This document shows positions 13,606 through 26,964 of a DNA stretch of 64,000 nt, one piece after another. How positions within the stretch are numbered: the first letter of the stretch is position 1; every line of letters begins with the position of its first letter. The translations under genes were made by a program, and so were the position numbers. The notes under the pieces were generated by a model. That model saw only the letters and a program-made list of their open reading frames with translations, did no database searches and was not told where the DNA came from. The DNA comes from Trichoplax adhaerens (Eukaryota > Animalia > Placozoa), in NCBI RefSeq assembly GCF_000150275.1, contig NW_002060981.1, forward strand, positions 1 through 64,000. The letters run 5' to 3'.

Positions 13606-14156
13606 TGTGATATATACCAATCACGAAATTCCAAATTTTAGAAAAATAAGGGCTTTATTTAATCTTATACAAAGATTGACTACACACAGCTCTATTCTAG
13701 CCGAATACTACTACTAAAGACTTCTAGAACGAACTAACAGAATAATCTAAAGTTGCATGCTTTTATACTTTCCGTTGCATTCACAGCTACAATCCGCATG
13801 GCAACCTTTTACCTTATTTTACACATAGTTAAATTATTCTTAGTAAGACTATTCTACTGCGGACCATCATTAATCCAATATGGATACGACTACAGTACTT
13901 ACGTAGACATTATTCACACCAGCCAAAGTACAATGAATTAACCATATCCTAATATATGATTTACAGTTCTATTTTTACCTATAGCCTTATTAGTAACTCA
14001 ACACCTTACTGTATATAGTCATCTGTACTCTAGCATAGAATCTATACCACTACAGTCTATAGTTATAGCTACCAAATACCTCTTAGGATAAATATCTACC
14101 GTACATTATACTAAACATGGCTAACACTCTACAATCACAATACTAGTTACATTACA
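13606..14156 (-). mobile_element. Solo LTR, family A, inverted copy, 551 bp
   Basis: About 97% identical by eye to 4364-4913; has its own 5-bp TSD GGCCA (13601-13605 / 14157-14161). Confidence 0.92.
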
Positions 14157-14573
14157 GGCCAATTTAACCATTTAAGTTATACTATTGATAACAGTTACTC
14201 TGTTTCATATCAAGACGAAAACTTTACGATTATATGACTTAAAAATTTTATTCAGCACAAACAGAATATTGCTAATTACATGGTATTGTGATGCGATATC
14301 AAGTTTAAACGATTAAGAAATTAATTAATAATATGCAATATATTATTCTTGATTCTGTGCTATGAAGGCGTAATTACATGCCACAATAATTGACATTTGG
14401 TGGCAAACAATAAGAATTCAAATGTTGTCTAGTTTTGATGTTTTTAATTTCTATAGCCAATTATATAAAAGAAAAATAACAATCAACCAATTGATCAATC
14501 GGCTAATACTTCAGTTTACTACACTATTTTGGCAAGGTATTCATTTATGACTACAAATTTATCACGCTATACA

Positions 14574-14874
14574 TATTGATTGAAAGCTAAGTTTTATAAC
14601 ACTATCCACTTTTGCGACGTCTAAATTTGGTGATTTAATATCAAAAGAGGGAGATTTATAATTATCGTCAATGACGACTTTGTGACTACCTAATAAATTA
14701 AATTAAGTATTCAACTGAAGTAATATTTTTGTTTCAGTATAGAAAGTAGTGGCTTTAAATTTTAAGATTCTTAAATGAATGCTATATGTGTTGATTCTGT
14801 CAATTGTTCCTTTATGACATTCGACAGCAAGATTCCGGCATTAGTATTATACAATTTAAAACTTCAAAGTTTTA
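14574..14874 (+). repeat. Second copy of the 922-1222 segment
   Basis: Direct sequence identity. Confidence 0.92.
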
Positions 14875-16199
14875 ATCCTCCAGTTTTATGACTTTGAGAA
14901 TTACGGAAATTAACTTGATTGCGCAATTAGATCAATTCAATTAAACCAAAGACGTAGTAATAAGAATAGCCGTTATAGAATTAGTCTTGATGCATGGCAC
15001 ATTGGTAATCTCTGTAGCATTTGAAATAAGGAAATAGCAAGTAGAAGATTTCGTATTGACTCGGTTAATGAATACCATCAATGGCTTTATGAAATTGGTG
15101 AATAGGCATGATTTAATGATAGTCAAGTATGTATAGCTTTAATCATTTTATTTATCGGAAGTTAGGTTAAGAGTTTCCAATTATTTTTATAGGGTACCTA
15201 AAACAATTTATAGTTGGTCTGTTAGGTAAAAAAGGGGGTAAATATTATCTATCTTGATAGAAAATTATCTAGATATAATAAATAGGACTAGGCGAATACC
15301 TTTCGAGCTCTTTTTGCCGGCAAGTTTATCCAATATTTAAGAGAGAAGTTGACAGTGCTAGAAGCTTCTTCGGCCATGTTCTGATGTGTTTGTATTTAAA
15401 TGCAACATTACAATTCAATCATAGAATTTTGAATTACCTTTACCTAGTAATTGGCACTATCCCTGATATTACCGGAAAATAAAACTTAATAAGTCTATAA
15501 TTAAAAAATCGGCGTCAAATACTTTATAATTCCTTCTTTTACTATTTTTCGCTATCCTCAACATTATTTCACAGAAATATAAGCTTATTAGAGATGAGCA
15601 TTAATTATCTTCATTTACTTGAAATTTTTCTGTCAATGAATATCTATGTTTGTTGATTAGTTCTTTACTATATTTAGTAAATGATTTTGATATCCGATTG
15701 GTCTTATAATTATTTATTTTTATTGTCATTAACAATCAGTGACATAAAATTTCTTGGCAAACGCTACAGTAAACAATAAACGTCATTATTAAAGTTGTGG
15801 CATATCGTTTAGTGCGGTGTTTATCGTTTATTGCTGGCTGCATCTATCTTGCTAATTGATTATATTAGAAGAGTATATTAATGATTTACGATAGAAATAA
15901 GGTAAGATGATAGATTGGGGCATTAATCATATACGAAATGGAATAGGCATCAACAAAATTATGTTAACATGATTTGTTGCAGTAGGCATTAACTTGTATG
16001 TTTGTCTTCCAACCCATTTCTTTGAATCATGATTGATTTTTTATTATTTTACCATTAACTTCGAAAAATATATAGAGCCTAAATTTAATTGTTAAATGCA
16101 ATTAAAGAAAACAAAAACGTAATAATAGGAGAGAGAACACACACGAACAAGAAAAAGAAATCTAAAACGTACTCGCAACCAAGAGAAAGCAATTTTGCA

Positions 16200-19100
16200 A
16201 TGCAAGCCGAAAATCGTTGTGATCGTCAAGAAAGAGCCGTTGGTGCTTCTCCAAGCAAATATGCCGAATTTTTTAGTGTTAGTCCTGGAGAGAGTGATAG
16301 TGATAATATCAATTACATTCCAACTACTCTTGGCAAAAATCGATGCTGGTTAAGAGATGATCCTGGTCACGACAGTAGCCGACGAATACAAATGTTTAAA
16401 ATATGTATATTGATTTTGATACCATGTATTGGCCTTGCTGTTAGCACGATTATTACCTTACTTGCCGATGCCACTGAATATAGAAAGACTACCGAACTGA
16501 GTAATGAAATTATTGCTAGTATCAAATTAGGAAATTTAATTCACTACTTACAGATCGAACGTGGACAGACAGTACTTCTAGTTAGCTCAAAGTATGATAA
16601 AATAGTGTTTGTCAATGTCGTTAAACGCCGATTAGAAACGAACAACGCCATCAAAGAGGTCGATCCATGGCCGATAAATGACTCGACATCTAGCTATTTA
16701 TCCAATAGTACTAGTTTACGTAATTATTTAGATGCTCATCGTGATTCAGTTGTTGATATGGCAAACACAACCATTGATAGTGAACTAAAATTTTATTCTG
16801 ATGTCAACAGAGAAATTTTAAATTGGATATCTAGGCGATTACGCAATGCAAGGACAGAAATTTTATGGAATAATTTAGTCTCATATCAGTTGTTTTTAAG
16901 CGGTAAAGAAGAAACTGGGATTGAACGCGCTCTTGGTGGTGTCTATTTTTCACAATCACAACTAAGTCATTTACAAATTCTCCATTATTATTCTAGATTA
17001 CAGCGTGGACAAATGAGTATTAACTCTTCACGTCAATATTCAACTTATCTCGATAATCTCTATAAGGTCTACGTATTAAATGCTAGTGTATATGATCAAT
17101 TGCAAATGCTACGCAAAGATATTATTGCTAATACATATCATCAGCCATCAGTTACATATGCCTCTTACTGGTTTGAAAATATTACAATGTATATTGACCA
17201 ACTCAAAACAATTCAAGATCTAACTGCATATTACATTCAAGCTGCATCGATAAGAATTGGCAATGCTGCTTACGTTAATTTTGTCATGTCTCTAATATTG
17301 TTGATTGTGGTTGCGATTGTATGCCCGCTTTTAATTTATTTTATATCAAAATTATTAAATCATATACAGTCATACGCCATTAATTTGGCTGATAAAACGC
17401 GCAAACTTGAACGAGAAAGACGAAAAACTGATAATTTACTATGTGAAATGTTACCAAGATCAGTTGCTGATCAATTAAAACGTGGTAACCACGTTATTGC
17501 AGAATCTTACGATAATGTTACACTCTACTTTAGTGATATAGTTGGCTTTACTAATATTTGCCATCATAGTACTGCTCTCGAGGTAGTCAATATGCTTAAT
17601 TATATTTACATCAATTTTGATAGTCAAATTGAAAAATACAATGTCTATAAAGTGGAAACTATTGGCGATGATTATATGGTTGTATCAGGAGTACCCAGTC
17701 GCTTGTCAGGGAATCGACATGCTGCAGAGATTGCCAACATGGCTATCGATCTTTTAGATGTAATGAAAGACTTAAGAGCGCCACATAAACCCGAAATCAA
17801 GATACAGTTACGCTCTGGGATTCATTCTGGTACAGTAATTAATTTTATCATCCTTGTAAAGTAACCTATTGAATAGTATATTTAATTAAAAATATTTCAG
17901 TATTACCTAAATTGACTTATTGTTATGCTATATTAAATTTTGATAAGATTAAATCAACTGTCGTATTCAGTTTTGACATCATTTTCTAGTTGCGTAGTGT
18001 AGGTCAAGGGTCAAAAGCACATTAATTATTTGTAGTATATTCTTTTATAAGTCTAATTATTTAATCTGATGACATTTTTTCCAAATTTTGACATTATTCT
18101 ACTAGTGGTATCAGGTTATAAGAAAATATAACATTAATTGTATGAAATTTTTATTATTTCGGAAAAGTTTCCTGTTTATAGTTAGGGATTCAATAGATAC
18201 AATAACTGTTTATATTTAGTCAGGGAGCAATTCGATTAATGTAGTTATTATGAAATGGAATCGACGAATGATATTTTTAAATTGACATGATTGAATTTCT
18301 GTTGTCCGAATTACGCAGTGGCTGATCGATATTCTGGGAATTGATGGTAAATAGGGAAATCTTTATTCTTAACTGGTATTGCTTTTTGATATGATATAAC
18401 AGAACAGATTTGATGTCATAGGAATATTCAAGTCATAGAATATTTAGCATGGTCTACTAGTAGATGAACGGAGCTAAGCCTACGCTGATACCGCCTTCCT
18501 TCTTTAATTTCTTCCTCATCTCAGGAGACATTTACTGACATTCCCTTATTTTACCCTTCGTAGTATCATAGGAATCATTTCAAGAAAGTTATAACTTTTA
18601 ATAAATATCCTTATTTACATCAATCAAATTTCAACTTTGAATTCTTACTATCGTTGAGTTTAGACATCTTAATATCATAAATGTGATGTTTTTCACTTTA
18701 CCTGTTTATAATTATTTTATTAACAATTGAGAGAATATAACAAGCTTTGTTTTAAACTCACTACATATAAAAACAGTTTAAAGGTATGTAGCGCTAAAGT
18801 GACTGATCAAACTTTTACTAAAAATTTTTAATCAATTCCCCATTTAGGAGAGTAGATTTGAACCTTTTATAGATTGCATATTAATTGATAATATAGAATT
18901 AGTTTTACGGTAAGAATATCATCGTTGGTTGTGATTATGTTTAAATATTAAAAGAATAAGCAGATGTCTATGTAAAGGTGGAAAAGTCTTGATCATTATA
19001 GATCTGATATGAATGTTCGATTCTTATTATATGGGAGAGATTTGTTAAAAGTGTGTTTACTACAATGCCTGATTTAGGAATAAGGTACTCCAGTTATTAG

Positions 19101-20835
19101 CTAGACTATAGATGGTAACAGAGTTTCTAACACCAAATGAGATCTAATTTAATTTAGCTTACTAATAACTTACACTGTGAACTGCAGATATAATAATAGG
19201 ATAAGAAAGTGAGTAAAGTAATAAGACGCAATGTGATAGCAGATACATAATATGTATAATGTTTCTGTGACTTAAAACAAAATTATTACATGCTTTATTA
19301 TTTACGATCATCTTTTTGATAACAGTCTAGAGATTAAATATCCTAAATGGTCATATTTTATTTGGTATAATTTGCCCTATTGATTTATTGTTAGACTGAA
19401 TTTTGTAATCTTAGAATACACTAAGAAGGTGTTTTTAAAATATTAAATTAAGACATTTCCAAAATATTATTCGGTATTCACATCATATTTTTAAGTAACT
19501 ACTGTCTATATTAGTTTATTGATAATCATTCGTAATATTGCATCTATTTCTTATTGATCTTAATGATCTATAGTATATTTTATATAATGTATTTTATCAC
19601 AGGTAAAAATATATTGCAGTATGCATGCTTGTAACTCAGCTGATAATTAATAATTAGATAGATTATAAAGATATATTAAAAAGTTGTCTACAGGATAAAA
19701 AGCTGACTTGTACCGCTTAGAGTAGTACAGAAACTATTATTAGAAGAGTAATTCTACTTAATTTCAAATCATAATACTGATTTTCTGCATCAAAGAGGGA
19801 AAAGATTACCTATTTTATATTATCTCATATTGTCACAACCTAGGTTGAGAGAGTGCTATATGAGATTACTTATCTTTATCGTCGCATTTCAAGCTAGAAT
19901 AGGCTTGGGCTATGTAATTTTCTATTTAGTATGCTGCTAGGAATGTAGTAGCATTATTACTATATAAGTATATAAATAGTATGCACAGTTTCGGTATGTG
20001 CCCTTCGTACATGTATTTAATTCTTCATATACTTTGCTGACTGTAACGACAGGCAATCATACGTGTACTTTTGATAGTATTGTTACTATCGCCTAAGTAA
20101 TATATTTGATACTTAAATTATCATGTCTAATAAAAATACATACTGTAAATAATGTAATCAGCGCTGCTGTCAATTACACAATCAGATTGTTAGCTTATTT
20201 TATATCAAAAATTGCATTAAAAGTATTCAGCTACCTAAATCTATTTTTTTAAAATGTACTTTTAAATAGGTTCTGTAGCAGCTGGTGTAGTTGGTAGGAA
20301 AATGCCACGCTATTGCTTATTCGGAGATGCAGTCAATATTGCTTCTCGTATGGAATCATTAGGAGATGGTATAGTTACTACATATCGAAATTTTAACAAA
20401 GAAAAATTGTGGTTATTTACTTAAACTAAGATATTGTTATCAAATTCATTGTTTAGCTTCCAAAATTCACTGTAGTGAGAGCACGTATAACATCTTATCT
20501 AATCATGGCATTTATGATTTCCAACCGAGAGGAGAAATGAACGTAAAGGTTAGCGATCATAGATGTTACTTATTATAGGCGCCAATAGGTCAGATTAAGA
20601 TCAGTAGATTTACTTAATTGGATGATTTTAAATTGCATAAACGTAAGATAGATTGTTTTACTCAGAAGAAGGGCTTGCTTTATACAATTGTAAATACTGC
20701 TGCTTGAGAATCGTTGTTTATATTCTATTCCGTTAATGACATAAATATTTCTCTACGTTATTATAGGGCCTAGGGGTCATGAGAACGTTTTGGCTTATTG
20801 GAAAAATAATTACTTTTAATACTGTGATAAGTTGA
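16200..20835 (+). CDS. NIT-domain membrane guanylate cyclase (GC2): TM1-NIT-TM2-coiled coil-GC. Exons 16200-17829, 20270-20368, 20457-20548, 20767-20835
   Basis: Hydrophobic TM segments ([21 protein letters not shown]; [22 protein letters not shown]); NIT signatures [10 protein letters not shown] and [11 protein letters not shown]; [14 protein letters not shown] helix; full GC motifs; no kinase-homology domain; exon lengths 99 and 92 match GC1. Confidence 0.9.
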
Positions 20836-22972
20836 AATGCTGATAGATATAAAAGTTTCCCTAGTAGAAAGAGTTGAAAATTTTTCACATCGTGATTTAA
20901 ATTCTGTGGGGTGCGATGTGTAAGCCAAACTATAATTAAAGAAGTAAGCGAAGCTATGCAGTGATCTATAATATTTATTACTCAGATAATGAGATAATTA
21001 CAGATGATAATTATCGTGTCTTAAAACATTTCGAACATCTTATATTGAATATTTAAACAATTTAGACTCTACGGCTTTCATAATCATTTATACCATAAGT
21101 TAGTATCGTAACTTAAAATTTTGACACTGACTGAAATAATAACGCACTGCATGTGTTTTCAAATCTTTATTAACCCCAAATTTTCAGTTCTGATGGGATA
21201 ATTTACAATATTAATAATAAGACAAAGGCTTTCTGATAGTTTAATCTACTGTAACTCGAAATTTATATTTAAGAAAGTACTACGAAGGATTGATGAGTCA
21301 GACATAGGTAGATTTGTCTCTCTAATTCAGAGCTAATATTATACTACATATTCTGCTATAAGTTGAATATGTATACTTAAATTTCAAGGGTCATATTTAT
21401 CCTATGTATATCTTGCTGAAATTAAAATTTGGATTATGATTGTTTAAAGATAAGGCTTTTGTGACTATCAACGTTCCCGATGTTATAAATAATATCGATT
21501 ATGTATTATTGCAATTGTGTTAATTATAGGTTACTTTTGAATATGTTGCCAATCTATGATATCAGCTATTAAGTAAAAGGATAAGTGCAACAATAAAATT
21601 TAAAAATTTCATGTTATCGATCAATATGCGATCTTTTATGAATATTTATCTTCCTAATTTCACCACTATTACTATTTAGGACCATAGTTAAATTGTAAAT
21701 CTGGCGTAACTGTAGTTAGTTATGCCTACTTTCAGCATTTATGAACGAGCTTGTAAGTTGATAGTTGCAACAACATGGAATTTTAAGATGAAAATATTGA
21801 GGTAATTTGTTAAATTAGATAACGTCTATGGTGATGCTGAAATGAATCAAAAGTAATGCTGTAATGATTAGTTATTATAGTGTACATCATGAAAATACAG
21901 AAATAACTATTAGTATACATTTTCACTGCGAAGTACTTGCTATCGCACGCAATGAAATAGTAAATACATATGTTCGGTTTATTAGCTTATCAGACCATAG
22001 TCTTCTAAATCATCAAAAGATTGATATATGAAGAACAAGAGTTCTATTATAATTAAAAAAGCATAATGTGTCATGGTCAATATCGCACCTTGCAATTGAA
22101 GAAATTATACAGTATGTATGCACTACGGATCAAAATAGAAGATAATAAAGTTATCAGTGGCTCTCAGGTTACGTTCATATGTAGCGCAGGTTCCACATAT
22201 TTAGGATCAGTTTACAAAATTCGAAATGAAAAAGATTCATGTCGCTAAAATTATTATTTATATAGAATCTAATGATATTTTAAGTACTATAGTTCAGCAG
22301 AATAAACACTAGATTCTCCTCGTAAATGAATTTAGATAGTCAGCTTTTAATAATGTAGATTACTGTAAGTAATTAAATTTGCACATGTCATCCACTATCC
22401 TGTTGTATATAATGCATATGAAGTTAAATTATCGCTAGCGCTAGTTGGATTTGGCCAATGTCTATTACCAAACGCATTATAACAGTATTACATGGAAGCG
22501 CAGATAGAAGAAGTAGCTGCAATTTTTATTTGGTTTTCAAATGGGAATTCTGTTAAATAAAATTTAAATACCGCACTACGGCATCTTTTGAAAGATAACG
22601 TCACTGTGTCACAAAGTGTTATATTTACAGTTTCGATTTCAAATATTTTTTACCTTTCCATTGCTATCGCCCAAAATGACGCATTAGCGCAAAGGCGCTT
22701 AAATGTAATTTTTCAACAAATAACATGTTCACGAAAACTTGTATGGGAAACGGAAGGATTAAATTATAAGATACAGAAGTGAATTGTATAACCTCACACG
22801 GTATTATCTTTCTTATACCGTATCCATTCATTACAGTATGGAGGTCTACATTGATATTATTAGTAGCTAATGATATTTAAATTTTTCTTTTTCATTAACC
22901 TTACAATATTTTTTGCAATGAACGTTATCTTTAGGATAATGCAAATTATTGCTTGATCTAGCTATATGTAGA

Positions 22973-25900
22973 CTATTCGTCCGAGCTAGAGCTTGAAGTT
23001 GCAAGATCGCTTAGCAAGCTAGCTCCAGCTTCTGCTTTCTCATCAGTTTCTGATTCTTCATCTGATTCTTCATCAACTACAACATTCTCCAATTGCGACA
23101 ATTTTACTTGCTATATAAAATAGCCAATGCGATAGTTAATTTAATGTCACAACCAACATATAACACTTACACACCAATTTTTACCGACCTGGTTCGCCAA
23201 TTCTTCCTCGTTAAAATCACGATATTCAACAGTAAGCCGGTTATTCACATTATCACCTTTAACATTTGCTCTCTGTTTGCTCAATTTTACCCTTTCAAAC
23301 AATTTATTAAAATGACAGACTTAATCCCTAGAGAGTATTACATCAATTACATACATGTGTTAATTGTATTACCTCCAATCTACTTCGTTATAAAATACCT
23401 TCCCATCTCTTTTTTCGAAAATATAAGTGTCCTACACATGAAAACGCATCAACGGTTGACTTTATGAGGGGCAAATATTTTTGGGTAATAATACATCTGT
23501 TGTTAATAGTGTACAAGAATATTCAAACATTATTACATTACTTACATCGCGGCCGCTATCGCGCGATTTTACCACCCAGTTATACTCTCTCGCAAGATTG
23601 TAGTCCCTACAGTTTCTACGGACACAATACGATTTATTTTAGTGTCGAATAATATAATAAGACGATATAATGACTCTTACTAAATTACCTAGATGTCTCA
23701 CTATCTTGGTTTTCAGATACTTTCCTTTTTTTTGCATCAGTGGCTATGGGTGTATAATATCCTACAAATTGATTACCAGTATCTACTTGCATACCTCTGA
23801 GTTATATCAGTTGAAAAGTAAAAATTTAGAAATATCTACGGTATTTATACTACAGTATAATTGCTTTTACGAAATAGCCAAAGGTTATCGTAATATATCG
23901 TACTTAATGACAGAATTAGACATTTGCTGTTCAGTTAATTTTGATCCATCAGTTAATTTAGAGGGGTCAGAATCAAAGGTGACAAGCGCAAGCGAGTACT
24001 TCCACATCTATTCAATTTTAAAAACGGACAATAAATTAATTACGTATCAGAATCATTTATAAGAAGTGTATATTTAGCATAAGTTGAGTGAACATCATAG
24101 GAATTGAAGCACTGCATAAAATTCCGTTTGGCTATTGCAAGGAAATATTACCTCGAAGTCGGGAAATAGAGGGTAGGATCGCTTCGCAGTAACGCCAGGT
24201 TTAGTAGGATGATCTATAATCTGCGTTAAATATAAAATTTAATCACTCCGTGGTATGCACAACGAAAGCTAAGAAATAGAGAGCTGACGGTCTCAGATAT
24301 CTTACAGGCTTTTTGGTGGCTTCAAAAGTTTTCTCAATAGCTTTGATTTGACTTTCTTTATCCTGTATCAAAGCCATCAATATTTCATTACGAGACGGCA
24401 GACAGTAAAACAGAATTTTTGGGATCGCTGTAACTTTTACAGAAACATTGAACACAATCTACGCTATTCTGTTTGTTATACAAATCTGCATAAATAGATC
24501 TTTTGTAAGAGTTACAAAAAAAATCCATATAGTCACATTGTACTATTCTTTGACCGTAACGACTAGTGTATTAGGGTCTATGCCACATGCATTCTTTTTT
24601 GTTTTAATATTTAATTATGTTTGCTATGTAGTTTCTAATCTTATAAAGTAATCCATGCTACCTTATACTTTTCCAAATTCTTAGCATATTTTCTGACGCT
24701 ATAACCGACTCTGTTAAAGAAGTATACATTTTATAACAGCAATCAGTAATTATAATAATAAAATTAATATGGTTGAAAATATTTATTACTTTGTTTCTGG
24801 TTTATCGGGATTCTGTGCCATTCGTACTCCTTCGTTGGATAAGTACTCATTTCGACGCATCCACGATACTGTCCTCGAATGCCTAGTCCTGGTGCGATTA
24901 TAACAATATAAGTAATAAAAGTCAAATTCTCCACATAATAAAAAAACTCAGCGCTACTGATCGTTAAAGTGCGATTACCACTTTGGTATACATCGCCAAG
25001 TAAACTAAAGTAAACAAATAGTAAATCGAAAGTTAAAATCTAATAAATCGTACCCCTTGCGATCCATGGAAGCTGATCCTTCTATCCCTAACAAGGCTTT
25101 GTCGGCATCGTCTAACTCCGCTATTATTGGCCCAAAGAAAATAAATTGGGCACATTAACAACAGTTTACCGCGGAGGTTTTATACTTCATTAATGGGATT
25201 ATGGTTATAAATTTATCCGTGTTACAGTTATCCAAACGAACCGTCTTCATCGATTATGTAAGCGTCAGGATCAATTAAACCATTCTTAACGCCGGCATCT
25301 GTGTCAGTCAACAACTCATGCTTGTGTTCTCTTTCAAGTGAGGTAGTATTATAATCTGTAAAGCTATGAAATGTAGAATATTCTGGTTAAGTAATTTCTA
25401 TCAATAGCATAAGGTATAGTTTATTGATGTCACAACGATAGGGATGAATGGTAGTAGTGTAAATTGGGTATGTTATCGCTAGGATAATAAGCAAGATGTT
25501 ATTAACTTTTCATAGTGTAGGATTACTTTTAACCAATCTATTCAACATTTATGACATACAATTATTATAATTGTCGTCGTATAACAGTATTGCCTTTTCT
25601 TTTACAGTAAATCAGCGATTTACGTTAAGATAATTTTATTACATACATATGATGCATAAAAGAATGTACTATACATACGTAGACGGTCCATCAGCAGAGA
25701 GATTTTAAATAGAACTTACCGATTATTTTCAAACGGATAGCGTAGAAATTTGGGATCAAATGGAATATCAGGGAGTGTATTTCGGTATTTGATACGGCAG
25801 AGAAGGTCAGATCTATAGGAGATTGGAAGTTACATTATTAAAATTTATAGATATTATCAAATAATTTTCAACTAGAGTACCGTATTCTAGACGCTGTAAT

Positions 25901-26566
25901 CGAACTTAAATTTGCTTAGTGTAGAATTATTCATAACTGATTTTGATAATCATGATACGTGCTGACATTTGTCTACTGTCATTAGGATTAGAAAGATAAA
26001 GAAAATATATGTCGCAGAGATATTACAGCTAAGATGAATATATCAAATTGATTTACTCGTATCGCGTTTATTACAGTACAAGCAGTTGCTTTAGTGCAAT
26101 GAGATATACAGTATAATGTGCCTGCACAGTAGATTACCGACACAGAATATTGCCATTGCCAAGTAAAGCAATGAATCTAGGTTAGCTGTCACAATTATGA
26201 TGATATTTTCAAGATAAGCATTACTGCTATAGAAGCTCGAGCAAAATACAGTCATTTTGCTGGTGTGTTAGCCGAGGACTTACTTCGATTGCCGTGATGA
26301 AGACCTGTCAATACAAATTAATAATAAATGAAAAGGATATTTCGTTAAAGTAAGTACACGAAGCAATTATTCACTTTTTATTAAGATTATTCAATATCGG
26401 AATAATTGTAAAATAAATTGAGAATATTGGATATTCGATTACGGTACAAAACAACGTTGCCATGTTTTTACATCGACTAAAGTGAGATCCAGCAAGTTTA
26501 AAACAAGATTTATTAAGACGCTATTTACCTTACAGAATGAGAGCTGTCTCGATTTCCTGTTGGCAT
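22973..26566 (-). CDS. PAF1: RNA polymerase II-associated factor 1 (multi-exon)
   Basis: Spliced translation [71 protein letters not shown]..., [15 protein letters not shown], and an acidic tail ending SSSSDE*. Confidence 0.93.
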
Positions 26567-26964
26567 TTTCTAGTTTATTAAAATGGATGGTTAATATAAT
26601 CACTTTAAGTATTGAGATGTCATCATCATCAACAAGTTTGGTTTAGATCAATGACGAAAATGAAACGGACTCTTTGTCCAATACTTGAATTTAGTATTGG
26701 TTATGCATCGATCTTACAGCAGAATTGCACTGGTGCAGTGGTCCTACCTGATCCTGATTGATTGATGTTGTATTCAGTGATGCTGGTAGTAAGAAATTGA
26801 AGCACTAGATCGATTGCACAATGCGTTTTAGGAAAGCATTTAATGGCGGAGCTCCTTTGCCGAGTGTAGCAGAACAGTGCTCTGCCAAGAGGACTGGTCC
26901 AGTACGGTACTGGACTGTCTTGGCTCGAGCTGTATCGTACTGATTGCATCTCCGTCTTTACCCT

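Noticed and set aside
4364-14156. Single 9.8-kb transposon with 550-bp TIRs (Polinton/foldback-like)
   Set aside because: Each repeat has its own TSD and TG..CA ends; outer flanks do not match; no internal ORFs.
19790-20180. Purine tract then TGTCACA, TATA and AATAAA in GC2 intron 1 as another LTR
   Set aside because: No matching CA end with a TSD could be found.
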